This document shows positions 27,138-36,688 of a DNA stretch of 41,726 bases, one piece after another. The stretch spans positions 1-41,726 of the IMG/VR virus record IMGVR_UViG_3300030037_000001. One strand, written 5' to 3'. Source of the stretch: a virus (Duplodnaviria; Caudoviricetes). The notes beneath the pieces are model-generated. The model saw nothing but the letters and a program-made list of their open reading frames with translations. It was not told the origin of the DNA and searched no databases. The position numbers and the translations under genes are program-made. Every line of letters starts with the position of its first letter. Position 1 is the stretch's first letter.

Positions 27138-27550
27138 AATGCTGCGAATTTAAGGAGATAGGTTCTTTCTATCATAATAAGCAACTAAACAAACCTTATA
27201 GTAAATGTAAGGCCTGTGTATGTGCACGTAATAAGAAATGGAGAGATGAGCCAAAGAACAGGATTAGAAAGAATGAGGGCAATAAACGTAACCATCTACT
27301 TCGGACTTTCGGGCTTAAGTGGAGTGATTATACAGATATGCATGAGGATCAGCAAGGTCTGTGTATGATTTGTAATAAACCCCAGTCTGGTCGTAAGCTA
27401 GCTGTAGATCATAACCATAGTACAGGAGAGGTAAGAGGTCTGCTCTGTGATGGTTGTAATAGAGGTCTAGGTTACTTCAAGGATAATCCCGCGCTACTAG
27501 AAGGTGCTATAACATATTTAAGAAACAAAGGAGATTACTGTGAAGAATAA
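27116..27550 (+). CDS. Endonuclease VII-family His-Me nuclease, probable homing endonuclease
   Basis: QQGLCMIC...LAVDHNH.TGEVRGLLCDGCNRGLG; N-terminal CxxC...CxxC. Confidence 0.88.
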   Translation: MGTQRCLECCEFKEIGSFYHNKQLNKPYSKCKACVCARNKKWRDEPKNRIRKNEGNKRNHLLRTFGLKWSDYTDMHEDQQGLCMICNKPQSGRKLAVDHNHSTGEVRGLLCDGCNRGLGYFKDNPALLEGAITYLRNKGDYCEE

Positions 27551-28178
27551 TTTAGACCTTAAGTTCATTGGGTTGAACGGTATGGCTGAGTCTGGTAAGG
27601 ACACGGTGTGTGAACACCTAGTTCAAACCTTCGATAACACAGTCCGTTATGCCTTAGGTGATGTATTGCGTCAAGAGTTGTGTTTAGTGTTTGACCTTGA
27701 GTTCGACAAGATGTTAGAACGCACTAAGGACACTGAGTTATCCACTATCACATGGGGTGACCTCATGTCAGTCACTGGTATTGAACAGCGTGGTTTCTCA
27801 CGTGAATACCTTACATACCGTCAACTCATGCAGTACTATGCGACTGAGTACCGTAGAGACACTGATCCCGACTACTGGTTAAACCAGTTTAAATATAATG
27901 TTGAGGTCATGTACCCAGACAAGTGTGTGATCATCCCAGACGTACGTTTTAAAAATGAGTGTGACTTTGTGTTAAACCGAGGGTTACAGCTACGTTTAAA
28001 CTCTGATACACCAGAGGGTGAGCATGATAGCGAGAAGCTCTTACCACGGTATCACTTCGATATTGATGCTAAGGGTTTGAGTGATGTTGAAACCACTTGT
28101 AACAAAGCTGTAGAAGCTTGTTACTACCAGCAGTTCGTACTCAATAAAAAGAAAGGAGTAACATTATGCCAAGGTTAG
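27540..28178 (+). CDS. Deoxynucleoside monophosphate kinase
   Basis: GLNGMAESGKDT P-loop, RQLMQ, IPDVRFKNE, HDSE. Confidence 0.88.
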   Translation: MKNNLDLKFIGLNGMAESGKDTVCEHLVQTFDNTVRYALGDVLRQELCLVFDLEFDKMLERTKDTELSTITWGDLMSVTGIEQRGFSREYLTYRQLMQYYATEYRRDTDPDYWLNQFKYNVEVMYPDKCVIIPDVRFKNECDFVLNRGLQLRLNSDTPEGEHDSEKLLPRYHFDIDAKGLSDVETTCNKAVEACYYQQFVLNKKKGVTLCQG

Positions 28179-28339
28179 GCGATATATATGCAGATGCAGA
28201 TGGAATTCAGTTTACGGTGACAGATAGTTGGGGTAAGGGTTGGGAGCTAACAGAGATACCAACACGAGAGTTAGAAGTATTCTGTGCATCCACAAGTCAA
28301 TTACGTGATGATTACGTACTAATAGAAAGTGGGGATTAA
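28166..28339 (+). CDS. 57-aa hypothetical protein (PRLGDIY)
   Basis: RBS AAGGAG; fills the gap. Confidence 0.6.
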   Translation: MPRLGDIYADADGIQFTVTDSWGKGWELTEIPTRELEVFCASTSQLRDDYVLIESGD

Positions 28340-28341
28340 TT

Positions 28342-28575
28342 ATGCCAGAAGTAAAAGGTAGCCTACAGGGGCTTATGGCTGAACTGTGGGTTTATAAGAA
28401 GAATCTGAATGCCAACACAAAGTTACTAGATAATGCATCTTATGACCAAGTGCAGGGCATGAAGGCACTCGTCAAGAAGTGTGAACTATACTGTTTATAT
28501 AATGGTATCTATGCAGACGTTGATGAGTTAGAGGAAGAAGAGTTTAAGGCCACTCGGGTCTTAGCTCCAGAATAA
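28342..28575 (+). CDS. Hypothetical protein (gp6.5 position)
   Basis: 77 aa; synteny. Confidence 0.6.
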   Translation: MPEVKGSLQGLMAELWVYKKNLNANTKLLDNASYDQVQGMKALVKKCELYCLYNGIYADVDELEEEEFKATRVLAPE

Positions 28576-28594
28576 ACAAATAAGGAGAATACAT

Positions 28595-28783
28595 ATGTGT
28601 AGTTCAGCCCCTAAACCACCACCGCCCCAACCACCAGCTCAACCGCCTGTCATCGTAGAGAAGGCACCCGAGGTGAAGACAGGCAGTGGTGACGCAACAA
28701 ACAAAAAGAAGAAAGTAGCAGGTCGTGATCTACGTGTCCCCCTCGGTGGAGGTAGTAAACAGACTAGCGGTGTAGGAGTATAA
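28595..28783 (+). CDS. Small virion / tail assembly protein (gp7.3/6.7-like)
   Basis: MCSSAPKPPPP...KKKK.GRDLRVPL...SGVGV; immediately before the portal. Confidence 0.7.
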   Translation: MCSSAPKPPPPQPPAQPPVIVEKAPEVKTGSGDATNKKKKVAGRDLRVPLGGGSKQTSGVGV

Positions 28784-28786
28784 TAT

Positions 28787-30448
28787 ATGGATGATGACAA
28801 CAGAATCCTAGAACGTGGTGGAACCATTGCGACTAGGTATGGTAATCAAGATGGTACTAGGCAGATAAGTCTAGACAGGGGTCGTGCAGTGTCCGCACTC
28901 ACTGTTCCCCAACTGTTACCACCTCAAGGACACAATGAATATACTGAGCTCCCGACCCCGTTCAATGATACAGGTGCTTATGCTGTGAATAACCTAGTGA
29001 ACAAGTTGTTCCTAACCTTATTCCCTGTATCGACACCGTTCTTCACGTTCAAGATTAGTGAAGCTATCATAGACGAGTTAGTTGACTCTGGTAACTACCA
29101 AGCTAAGCAGGACATTGAAAAGAAGTTAAGAGCACAGGAGGAGATTGTACAGTCAGATATGGAAACCAGTGGTATGAGACCTGCGTTACACAATGTGTTG
29201 CGACATCTCGTAGTAGTAGGTGACGTACTACTACACTTGCCTAAAGAAGGTGCACCCCGTGTTTACCGAGCTGATACATATGTATGTAAGCGTTCGCACA
29301 GTGGTGTCCCATTGAGTACAATCCTAAAGCAGCAACTACATCTGCAGGAGTTGCTCCCCGAGTGGTTAGTAGCCCTTGATGATTCAGACTCTGAGGATGA
29401 GGAGATTGACTCTGGTAAGGAAGAGAAGTGCTTCGATGTATTTACTGAGATCTGGTTATCTGGTGATCACTACCTCGAGCAGTCATACCTTAAGGGTAAA
29501 CCGCTAGAAGGGACGTTTGCACGATACAAGAAGGACGAGACAGCTTGGTTGCCACTGCGTTGGTCGGCTGAGTCTGGTGAGGACTTTGGTCGATCGTACG
29601 GATATGAATATCTAGGTGCTTTAAAGGCTCTTGAAGGGTATCACAAGTCTATTCGTGAACACTCGGCTATCGCTAGTAGAACCATTGGTTTACTCTCCCG
29701 TACATCACGTTTAAACATCAAGGATTTGATCGAAGGTAAGAACGGTTCGATCTTCTATGGTGAAGAAGGCGAACTCACGTTCCCAGAGGTTGGCAAGTAC
29801 AATGACATGAGAGTGGTTGAGTCCATGATACAGTCATATAGCTCGTCAATCAACAAGGCGTTTCTAGTGGTTCAAACAAGGGATGCAGAGCGTGTAACAG
29901 CTGAGGAAATTAGGTTGACAGCTCAAGAGCTAGAGACAGCCTTAGGTGGAGCATACAGCTTGCTAGCTAAGACACTACAGGAACCCTTGCTTAGAAGACA
30001 GATTGCTAGACTCACTGATACAGGAAGTCTAAAGGAGTTTGATAACGATAAGGTCAAACCTAAGGTTATCGTAGGTCTCGAAGGGTTAGGCAAAGGGTCA
30101 GACATTGAGAAGCTTAGACGTATAGGCCAGTTAGCTGGTGAATTAGGTCAAGTAGCTCAGTTCATACCTAAGCTCAACGTAGATGGTACAATTCAATCAT
30201 TATTCAACTGGGAAGGTCTAGACCCTTCTGGTATACTGTATACTGATACTGAAGTACAGGAGAATGCGCAAGGTGCTAAGCAAGCAGAACAAGAGCAGTT
30301 CCAACAGGAGCAGCAAGCTCAGATGGCTCAGACCATGGTTCCACAGGCTATGCAGGGTATGATGAATACCGATAGCTTCAAGCAAGACCCACAAGGGTCA
30401 ATTGAAAATATGCAACAACAGATTGCACCACAACAACCACAAGGATAG
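28787..30448 (+). CDS. Portal / head-tail connector (gp8-like)
   Basis: GAYAVNNL..KL.L.LFP, GEDFGRS, RDAERVTAEEIR, ELE.ALGGAYS. Confidence 0.97.
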   Translation: MDDDNRILERGGTIATRYGNQDGTRQISLDRGRAVSALTVPQLLPPQGHNEYTELPTPFNDTGAYAVNNLVNKLFLTLFPVSTPFFTFKISEAIIDELVDSGNYQAKQDIEKKLRAQEEIVQSDMETSGMRPALHNVLRHLVVVGDVLLHLPKEGAPRVYRADTYVCKRSHSGVPLSTILKQQLHLQELLPEWLVALDDSDSEDEEIDSGKEEKCFDVFTEIWLSGDHYLEQSYLKGKPLEGTFARYKKDETAWLPLRWSAESGEDFGRSYGYEYLGALKALEGYHKSIREHSAIASRTIGLLSRTSRLNIKDLIEGKNGSIFYGEEGELTFPEVGKYNDMRVVESMIQSYSSSINKAFLVVQTRDAERVTAEEIRLTAQELETALGGAYSLLAKTLQEPLLRRQIARLTDTGSLKEFDNDKVKPKVIVGLEGLGKGSDIEKLRRIGQLAGELGQVAQFIPKLNVDGTIQSLFNWEGLDPSGILYTDTEVQENAQGAKQAEQEQFQQEQQAQMAQTMVPQAMQGMMNTDSFKQDPQGSIENMQQQIAPQQPQG

Positions 30449-30451
30449 TAT

Positions 30452-31291
30452 ATGTCAGAAGAAAACAACACACCAGTAGAAGAAGTAAGCTCAATGAAGG
30501 ACGTTACGATCTCACAGGATCAGAATAGTATGTCACTAACTGCTAACATGGCTGACCCCGAGGTTGACCCAATGGATAACCAGCCGATCGAGATGCCAGA
30601 GCAGTTCGCTAACACAGATAACCCACAGCAGGCCTTACTTAAGTCGTACAATGAGTTACGAGCTAAGATGAGTAAAGGTGAGGCACCCGAGGCTGAACCT
30701 ACTGCTGAGACACCTGCAACTGATGCTGAACCCGAGGCTACACCAGATGCTGAACCCGAGGTTAAAACTGAGGGAGCTGAGGCTAACTGGACAGCTAAAT
30801 ACCATGAGCAAGGTGGTTCGCTAACTGATGACCAGTTGATGGAAGCATCCAAGCAGACAGGCGAAACAGTGGAGTCCATTAAGGAGTACATTGAGTTCAA
30901 GAAAGGTAAGACAGACGCAGATATTGCGAACTCCGATCAACAGGTGCTTGACGCCATTGGTGGAGTAGAAGAATACACTAAGATCAGCAAGTGGGCTAAC
31001 GAGTCGTTACCCGAGGCTGACCTTAGTGCAGTGGAATCCATGTTGTCCAACCCAGAGTTGGCCAAACAAGGTGCTAACGTACTGAAGGCATTATATAACA
31101 ACCAAGCGTCTATTGAACCTAAGAGTTTAGTAGAAGGCGGAAACGGTGGAGAAGCACCAGATGTTTACATGAGTAATGCTGAAGAGGTTGAGGATATACA
31201 AAACCCCCTGTATAAAACCAGTCCTAAATTCAGACGTACAGTTGCCGAGAAGATGCAACGTTCAATGGCTTTCCACAGACGTAAGAAATAG
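30452..31291 (+). CDS. Capsid scaffolding protein (gp9-like)
   Basis: Acidic; GGVEEY...KWA, PLY..P.FR..V..K..RS C-terminus. Confidence 0.92.
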   Translation: MSEENNTPVEEVSSMKDVTISQDQNSMSLTANMADPEVDPMDNQPIEMPEQFANTDNPQQALLKSYNELRAKMSKGEAPEAEPTAETPATDAEPEATPDAEPEVKTEGAEANWTAKYHEQGGSLTDDQLMEASKQTGETVESIKEYIEFKKGKTDADIANSDQQVLDAIGGVEEYTKISKWANESLPEADLSAVESMLSNPELAKQGANVLKALYNNQASIEPKSLVEGGNGGEAPDVYMSNAEEVEDIQNPLYKTSPKFRRTVAEKMQRSMAFHRRKK

Positions 31292-31334
31292 AGTAAGTTA
31301 GGCAAGCTGTAACTCCTTGATACATAGTATGATC

Positions 31335-31358
31335 CGAATAGGGCGCACTATAGACCCT
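31335..31358 (+). promoter_or_regulatory. Phage RNAP late promoter (phi10-like)
   Basis: Identical to 10237-10260; upstream of the capsid gene. Confidence 0.85.
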
Positions 31359-31570
31359 CCAGTACTATACTACTCATGATAGGTATACTACTATAGGTCA
31401 AACAAGTAGTTAAACAATTAGTTACAGCTATAAGCCCTAAACCACTTTATACCGAGGTATGATATGTAGTAAGGATAACTTAATTAGGTGTTAAACAATT
31501 GGTTGAAACAACTGGTTATTTACCTTATATATATTATTACTATTATTAAATCTAAAAAAGAGAAAACATT

Positions 31571-32605
31571 ATGTCAGACTATACGTACAATCCTGTTGGT
31601 CAAATTAACGGTGCAGGCGACGATCGTGCACTATTCCTTAAACAGTATGCTGGTGAAATCCTCTCGGTTATGCCAGAGACACAAGATTCCCTAGGAATGA
31701 CCTATAAGAAAGTCCTCAAAGGGGCTAAGTCCTATCAGTTCCCTTACCTTGGTAAACTCAAGGCTCAATACCATATTGCAGGTGCACAGCTTACTGGTCA
31801 GCCTACTGGTCAGAACGAGAAGGTTATTGCGTTGGATTCACTCCTCGTTGTAGACCGTTTCGTTGCTAAGGTTGATGAACTCATGAAACACTATGATGAA
31901 CGTTCAGAGTACGCTAGCCAGATGGCTCAGTCACTCGCTACACTCAAGGATAACCATGTGTTCATGGAAGCTGTCCTAGGTGCACGTGCAGCTGAACAAG
32001 TTACAGGTACTGGTGCTGATGGTCTTGTTATTGCCAACGACAAGTTGAAACTTGATACAGGTGTTCCTGCCAATGCTCAGACTAACGTCGAACTAGCTGC
32101 TGCACTCAAAGCTGCCCTCATGCAAGCTGCTAAGAACTTCAAGAAGAAAGATGTTGCAGGTAACCTCCGTAAGGTTTGTTTCATTCGTTGGGACGAGTAC
32201 TTCACGGCTCTTGATGCTGTTGATACCAATGGTTTCAGTTTCTTTAATAAGGACTTCCACTCTGGTAACGCTGAGACGGGCATGATGCCTAACATCGGTG
32301 GTATCGAGATTAAAGGTACTAACAACCTCATTACTACTGATTACAGCTCTATTGCTAATGATCAAGTAGCTGACACTGGTGTGTACTACTACCACCAAGG
32401 TGACTTCTCTAAGACAATCGGTGTTATCATGTGTGATAAGGCTGTTGCAGAAGTTCAAGCGCAGGATATTACTGTTGAGCTAGGTCACTATGACGTATCT
32501 CGTAAAGGACAACTCATCACCGCTGACCTCTTCTCGGGTACAGGATGGTTGAGACCAGAATGCTTAGTAGAATTGTCACTCGACACTACTCTTACTGACG
32601 CATAG
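31571..32605 (+). CDS. Major capsid protein (gp10-like)
   Basis: RALFLKQYAGEI, GAKSYQFP, GTGWLRPE. Confidence 0.96.
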   Translation: MSDYTYNPVGQINGAGDDRALFLKQYAGEILSVMPETQDSLGMTYKKVLKGAKSYQFPYLGKLKAQYHIAGAQLTGQPTGQNEKVIALDSLLVVDRFVAKVDELMKHYDERSEYASQMAQSLATLKDNHVFMEAVLGARAAEQVTGTGADGLVIANDKLKLDTGVPANAQTNVELAAALKAALMQAAKNFKKKDVAGNLRKVCFIRWDEYFTALDAVDTNGFSFFNKDFHSGNAETGMMPNIGGIEIKGTNNLITTDYSSIANDQVADTGVYYYHQGDFSKTIGVIMCDKAVAEVQAQDITVELGHYDVSRKGQLITADLFSGTGWLRPECLVELSLDTTLTDA

Positions 32606-32617
32606 AATTAAACAATT

Positions 32618-32661
32618 AGGGGGGGAACACTTGGCTTGACGGCTGGTGTTCCCCCCTTTTT
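32618..32661 (+). terminator. Tphi-like terminator after the capsid gene
   Basis: GGGGGGAACAC / GTGTTCCCCCC stem followed by T5. Confidence 0.9.
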
Positions 32662-32691
32662 AACGCAAATTACAAATAACGAGGTACTTAA

Positions 32692-32952
32692 ATGTATATT
32701 AAAGACCCCGAGTCTAACCGTATGTACGCACTAGATTCAGCCAATGGTAGACGCCTAGCAGGCAAGTCAGAACCAGAGGTTAAACCCTCAGCAGACCCAA
32801 TGCTAGAAGCCTTCAATAACAACCCTTATGATTTAAACAAGGATGGACTCTTAGTTTTAGCCCATGGTTTAGACTTAAAGTTATCCACACGTATGAAAGA
32901 GAAGACTATGATCACTAAGATTTATGCCCACATTGAACAGGGTGGTAACTAG
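32692..32952 (+). CDS. Small protein with possible helix-extension-helix (Rho-N/SAP-like) C-terminus
   Basis: LNKDGLLVLAHGLDLKLSTRMKEKTMITKI pattern; RBS GAGG. Confidence 0.6.
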   Translation: MYIKDPESNRMYALDSANGRRLAGKSEPEVKPSADPMLEAFNNNPYDLNKDGLLVLAHGLDLKLSTRMKEKTMITKIYAHIEQGGN

Positions 32953-34559
32953 TGGCTGGTGGAGGGTTTAAAGTCCTAATACAAAAAATAGATGGTGTTG
33001 AGGTGGAATACTTCATACCAATTAATAATGCCAGTGGTGACAATGGGTTACTAGATGATGACGCCAATGTTGCTAAGCTAGAGCATTACGTAGGTGGTAC
33101 ACTTACTAATTACTGGTGGTCACACGCTAGTGGAACAGGTGGTGATGCTGGTATACCTCCAGAGATCTTCACAGCTAACATAGCTGAGTTCGATGGTACA
33201 AACAAAGGGTTAAACTTACCCGATGGTTTTGTGGATCACGCCTCAGACTTCACAGTAGGCCTTAGATTTACTGCGAATGTAACCGGGGGCATTAAGGCGC
33301 TGTTTAGAGTGCATGAGTCCACAGATAATAGGGTAGTCACACCAACCGTAACAGTAAGCGATTTAGGGCTATTAGTTATAAAAATAACAACACCTGTGGA
33401 TATTATTGAATATGAGTACGAAAGCCTTATTAGGTACGATGACGCTCTGCCTCACACCGTTGTAGTAGCTCATCAGTTGTCTACTAAGACATTGACGTAC
33501 TATGTTGATGGTGTAGAAGTGTTCACAGATACTTACGTGCAAGCTCTAAGAGCAAGCACATGGACTACTATAGGTAAGACTCGAGCAAACTACACGGGGC
33601 ATACTGGGGATTCGTACCACTCGGGGACAATTTGTGACTTCCAGTACTATGATGCATACCTTAGTGATACGCAGGTACAAGCTATGTACCCTACACTAGA
33701 TCCCATAACATGTTCGGATCTATTGGATGTCGGGGTAACTCCTAGGAACCACTACCCCGCGTACAACTATATAGGTTTTGTGAACCAAGAACTAGTTGAT
33801 ATACAAGGTAATGCAGTTGACCTAGTAGAGAGTCAAGCTATAGCTGTACCCTTCACAGGAACCTCGGATTTAGAGTGCGGTGTGTATGTACCTAGTGCTG
33901 ACCTCTGGTTTAAGACCTCGGGCTCAGTACTCAATAGAACACCTAATGTGCAATTTTCACTAGCTAATTGGCTTGTAAGTACAGGTGATCTTTATGAAGG
34001 GGTTAGTTCACCGAGTATCACAATACCCGATACAGCAGAATATTTAATAGAAGTCACCGACTTTGACCCCTTACTTTGTACGGGCGCGTTTCAGATGCAG
34101 AATGACTCAATAGTAGAAATGAGTGATTTGAGTGCTTTCTCTGAGATTACGAGCTTGCGACTAGACGAAAACTTTGCCTTACAGGAGGCTGGTAGTTTCT
34201 CTACTATGACCAAGATCAGTTCAGCATTTTACATAAATGATTGTGACTGGCAAGGCTTACGAGATGTTCCCGTTGCTCCATCTATGACAAACCTTAGGTT
34301 TCAAAATAACAGTGGACTAACTTCAATCACAACGATATTAGGCTGTTTAGCTCTAGTGGAGATTCGTGGCGAAGGTTGCGCCCTAGACTCAACCACAGTC
34401 GGAAACCTCATAACAGACACCGACACCAACGGCGCATCCAACGGTACAATGAACATCAGCGGTGGCACAAACGCACTTGTTCCACTCTCAGCACAAGCAG
34501 CATTAACAAGTCTTCTTGGAAAGGGATGGACTGTGACACATAACGGCTTAGAGGTATAA
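32952..34559 (+). CDS. LamG/concanavalin-like plus LRR-like protein, probable virion fibre or decoration
   Basis: FDG..., FTVGLRF, HTVVV, YYVDG, G.I.DFQYYD..LS..QV; C-terminal LRR-like repeats and L.GKGWTV. Confidence 0.7.
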   Translation: MAGGGFKVLIQKIDGVEVEYFIPINNASGDNGLLDDDANVAKLEHYVGGTLTNYWWSHASGTGGDAGIPPEIFTANIAEFDGTNKGLNLPDGFVDHASDFTVGLRFTANVTGGIKALFRVHESTDNRVVTPTVTVSDLGLLVIKITTPVDIIEYEYESLIRYDDALPHTVVVAHQLSTKTLTYYVDGVEVFTDTYVQALRASTWTTIGKTRANYTGHTGDSYHSGTICDFQYYDAYLSDTQVQAMYPTLDPITCSDLLDVGVTPRNHYPAYNYIGFVNQELVDIQGNAVDLVESQAIAVPFTGTSDLECGVYVPSADLWFKTSGSVLNRTPNVQFSLANWLVSTGDLYEGVSSPSITIPDTAEYLIEVTDFDPLLCTGAFQMQNDSIVEMSDLSAFSEITSLRLDENFALQEAGSFSTMTKISSAFYINDCDWQGLRDVPVAPSMTNLRFQNNSGLTSITTILGCLALVEIRGEGCALDSTTVGNLITDTDTNGASNGTMNISGGTNALVPLSAQAALTSLLGKGWTVTHNGLEV

Positions 34560-34561
34560 AA

Positions 34562-34987
34562 ATGATTGAAGTAATTGAAGCAGTAGATGAAATCTATTCA
34601 GTATCAAATGATGGTACAAAGTGGGTGATTAGTATCAATGGGGTAGACGCGCTTGGGGTCACTAAGTTTGAGGGAAGGATTGACACCGAGGCTAAATTAG
34701 CTTACATGCAATCAATGCACCCGACTTATGCAAGTACTGATATGTTAGAATTAATCCAGTATTGCATGAGCGAGTCTTTTATTGTGACTGAATTGATTTT
34801 TTCAGATGTGATTAGTTATGTAATACAGGATAATCACCCCGTGGCAGATGGGGTAACTGAAGGTTTCGCCGATTACCTCACTAGTGCGGGGGTAAGGGCC
34901 AATGAAGATAAGATATTGGAGTTGGAGGCGTATTGCACAACTAATGGTTATCAATTCGATGTGAGGTTATTGGATTTAACGCAGTGA
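34562..34987 (+). CDS. Acidic hypothetical protein
   Basis: 141 aa, RBS GAGG. Confidence 0.65.
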   Translation: MIEVIEAVDEIYSVSNDGTKWVISINGVDALGVTKFEGRIDTEAKLAYMQSMHPTYASTDMLELIQYCMSESFIVTELIFSDVISYVIQDNHPVADGVTEGFADYLTSAGVRANEDKILELEAYCTTNGYQFDVRLLDLTQ

Positions 34988-35001
34988 TGTAAATTAAATA
35001 T

Positions 35002-35031
35002 AAAAAGCCCTGCTTAATGGTGGGGTTTTTT
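35002..35031 (+). terminator. Intrinsic terminator, possibly bidirectional
   Basis: A5-GCCCTGC...GTGGGG-T6. Confidence 0.75.
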
Positions 35032-35132
35032 GTGTAAGAATAATATAACAAAATTATATAATGCGATTTGATAAAGGTTTAAGCGTGTGTATAAGGCGGT
35101 TATTAAGTTAATAAATAAAAAGAGGTTTTAAA

Positions 35133-35249
35133 ATGAATAAAAATCATGAAGTAGGTACAAAGATCTCCTACAGAAGAACCAATACAGAAGCAGAGTTAGA
35201 ACAATGGGTTTTGGACAATGATGTCACATTGCCTGTAGATGAGGTCTAG
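35133..35249 (+). CDS. 38-aa hypothetical or remnant ORF
   Basis: RBS AGAGG; MNKNHEVGTK...LPVDEV; overlaps the next start. Confidence 0.45.
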   Translation: MNKNHEVGTKISYRRTNTEAELEQWVLDNDVTLPVDEV

Positions 35250-35736
35250 CTTCACTGTAGCACTCTTATTAAACCTCGTAACCTCTTGTTCTACCCCAAG
35301 TAAGCAAAAGGTTATTGAGGCTCTTGATAGGGTCACTGCAGAGCTCACAGTAATCAAAGAGGTTGCATATGAGATTGAAGTAGAATACCCCGAGACAAAA
35401 CCTAAGGTCAAACTTATTAAAGACAGTGTGTCAAACATTGAGTCAGAACTTCCCGTAATAAAAAAGGAAGTCGGTAAGTTTGATAAAAAAGTGAAAGAGC
35501 CTACTAAGTTTGAGGCTTACTTACCTTGGGTTCTCATGGCTGGCGGTATAGCTATGCTTTGGTTTGCAATTAGTACACCAGACAGGACAGATGACTTCAT
35601 AGGTGTCATAATGTGTGCATCTAGTTTTGTTGTTGCTAAGTGGTATACAGAGATTGCAATAGGTGCAGGTATTGTACTATTACTATATTTAATTATAATT
35701 GGAGCTAAGTACTTTGCTCTAAGGAAAACACCGTGA
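35239..35736 (+). CDS. Putative lipoprotein with coiled coil and 2-3 C-terminal TM helices (candidate lysis protein)
   Basis: Lipobox-like VTS-C17; hydrophobic segments in the last ~75 aa. Confidence 0.6.
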   Translation: MRSSFTVALLLNLVTSCSTPSKQKVIEALDRVTAELTVIKEVAYEIEVEYPETKPKVKLIKDSVSNIESELPVIKKEVGKFDKKVKEPTKFEAYLPWVLMAGGIAMLWFAISTPDRTDDFIGVIMCASSFVVAKWYTEIAIGAGIVLLLYLIIIGAKYFALRKTP

Positions 35737-36071
35737 ATGAGAATATATTAAGAACTATACTAGGTCTCCTATCCGTGAGTATGGTGGCACTAGCAACTTG
35801 GGTGAATGGGACAACCAGTAAGCTGGCTGTGTTATCGGATAATGTACACACCTTACGATCTAGTCATGTTAATGGCCCCGCTCTAATGGAGCAGTTGAAG
35901 GGCTTACATAGTAGTATGAATGAGTTACGTATACCCGAGGGTAGATCCCGTATTGCTATACTTGAGAAGGAGAGTGCGCAGTTCCAACACCTAATTGTTA
36001 AACTAGATGACTCACTGCGTAAACTGGTGATTGAGATCACAGTACTACAGAATATTAAAAAAGGAGGCTGA
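35733..36071 (+). CDS. N-terminal TM plus coiled-coil protein (holin / i-spanin candidate)
   Basis: ILRTILGLLSVSMVALATWV followed by heptads. Confidence 0.55.
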   Translation: MNENILRTILGLLSVSMVALATWVNGTTSKLAVLSDNVHTLRSSHVNGPALMEQLKGLHSSMNELRIPEGRSRIAILEKESAQFQHLIVKLDDSLRKLVIEITVLQNIKKGG

Positions 36072-36073
36072 TA

Positions 36074-36685
36074 ATGCCTATAAACACAACCAGTAGTATC
36101 ACTGAGTTGTCAGCGGTTGGGGTTATATCTAGTTATCTAGGTATACCCGCACCTGTGGATATCAACGACTTGTTGATTGACCCAGACTGGATCAGATCAC
36201 TGGCAATATTGAAATCAGTAACCAAGGAAGCCTTACATAAAGGGTTAGAAGAGAATACAGATGAGGATTATACATTACTCAAGGAACCAGATGGTACAGT
36301 GTTGATACCTGCTGGAACACTCCGTTGGATCGTGAAGCACGACACCCATGAGCAGTATGTCCAACGTGATGGTATGGTGTACGATAAGAAAGCCCATACG
36401 TTCACTATTGATAAAGACCTAGTGGTTGACATCGTGTGGAACATGACGTTCGACTCCCTGCCCGAGATGATCAAGAACTACATCACCATCAAAGCAGCCT
36501 ATCGTGTGGTATCCCGTCTCAAGGGGTCAGACTCAGTGTTGAACTCTATCCAACAAGATTTGGACGATGCTAACTACGAGTACCTAAGGTATCAAGGACG
36601 TAACAACAAGATGTCACTCCTCGATAACCCAGACGTAAACTACATAGCCAGTAGGCACATGCAGTATAACCATCACTTGAGGTAG
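36074..36685 (+). CDS. Tail tubular protein A (gp11-like)
   Basis: TELSAV, R.G.VYD...T.T, FDSLPE....YI..KAA motifs. Confidence 0.9.
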   Translation: MPINTTSSITELSAVGVISSYLGIPAPVDINDLLIDPDWIRSLAILKSVTKEALHKGLEENTDEDYTLLKEPDGTVLIPAGTLRWIVKHDTHEQYVQRDGMVYDKKAHTFTIDKDLVVDIVWNMTFDSLPEMIKNYITIKAAYRVVSRLKGSDSVLNSIQQDLDDANYEYLRYQGRNNKMSLLDNPDVNYIASRHMQYNHHLR

Positions 36686-36688
36686 GCC

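Noticed and set aside
31488-31694. 68-aa ORF overlapping the capsid start
   Set aside because: Out-of-frame overlap with the capsid gene; runs through the regulatory leader
32540-32605. T7 10A/10B-type capsid frameshift
   Set aside because: No convincing slippery sequence near the stop, and a terminator follows immediately
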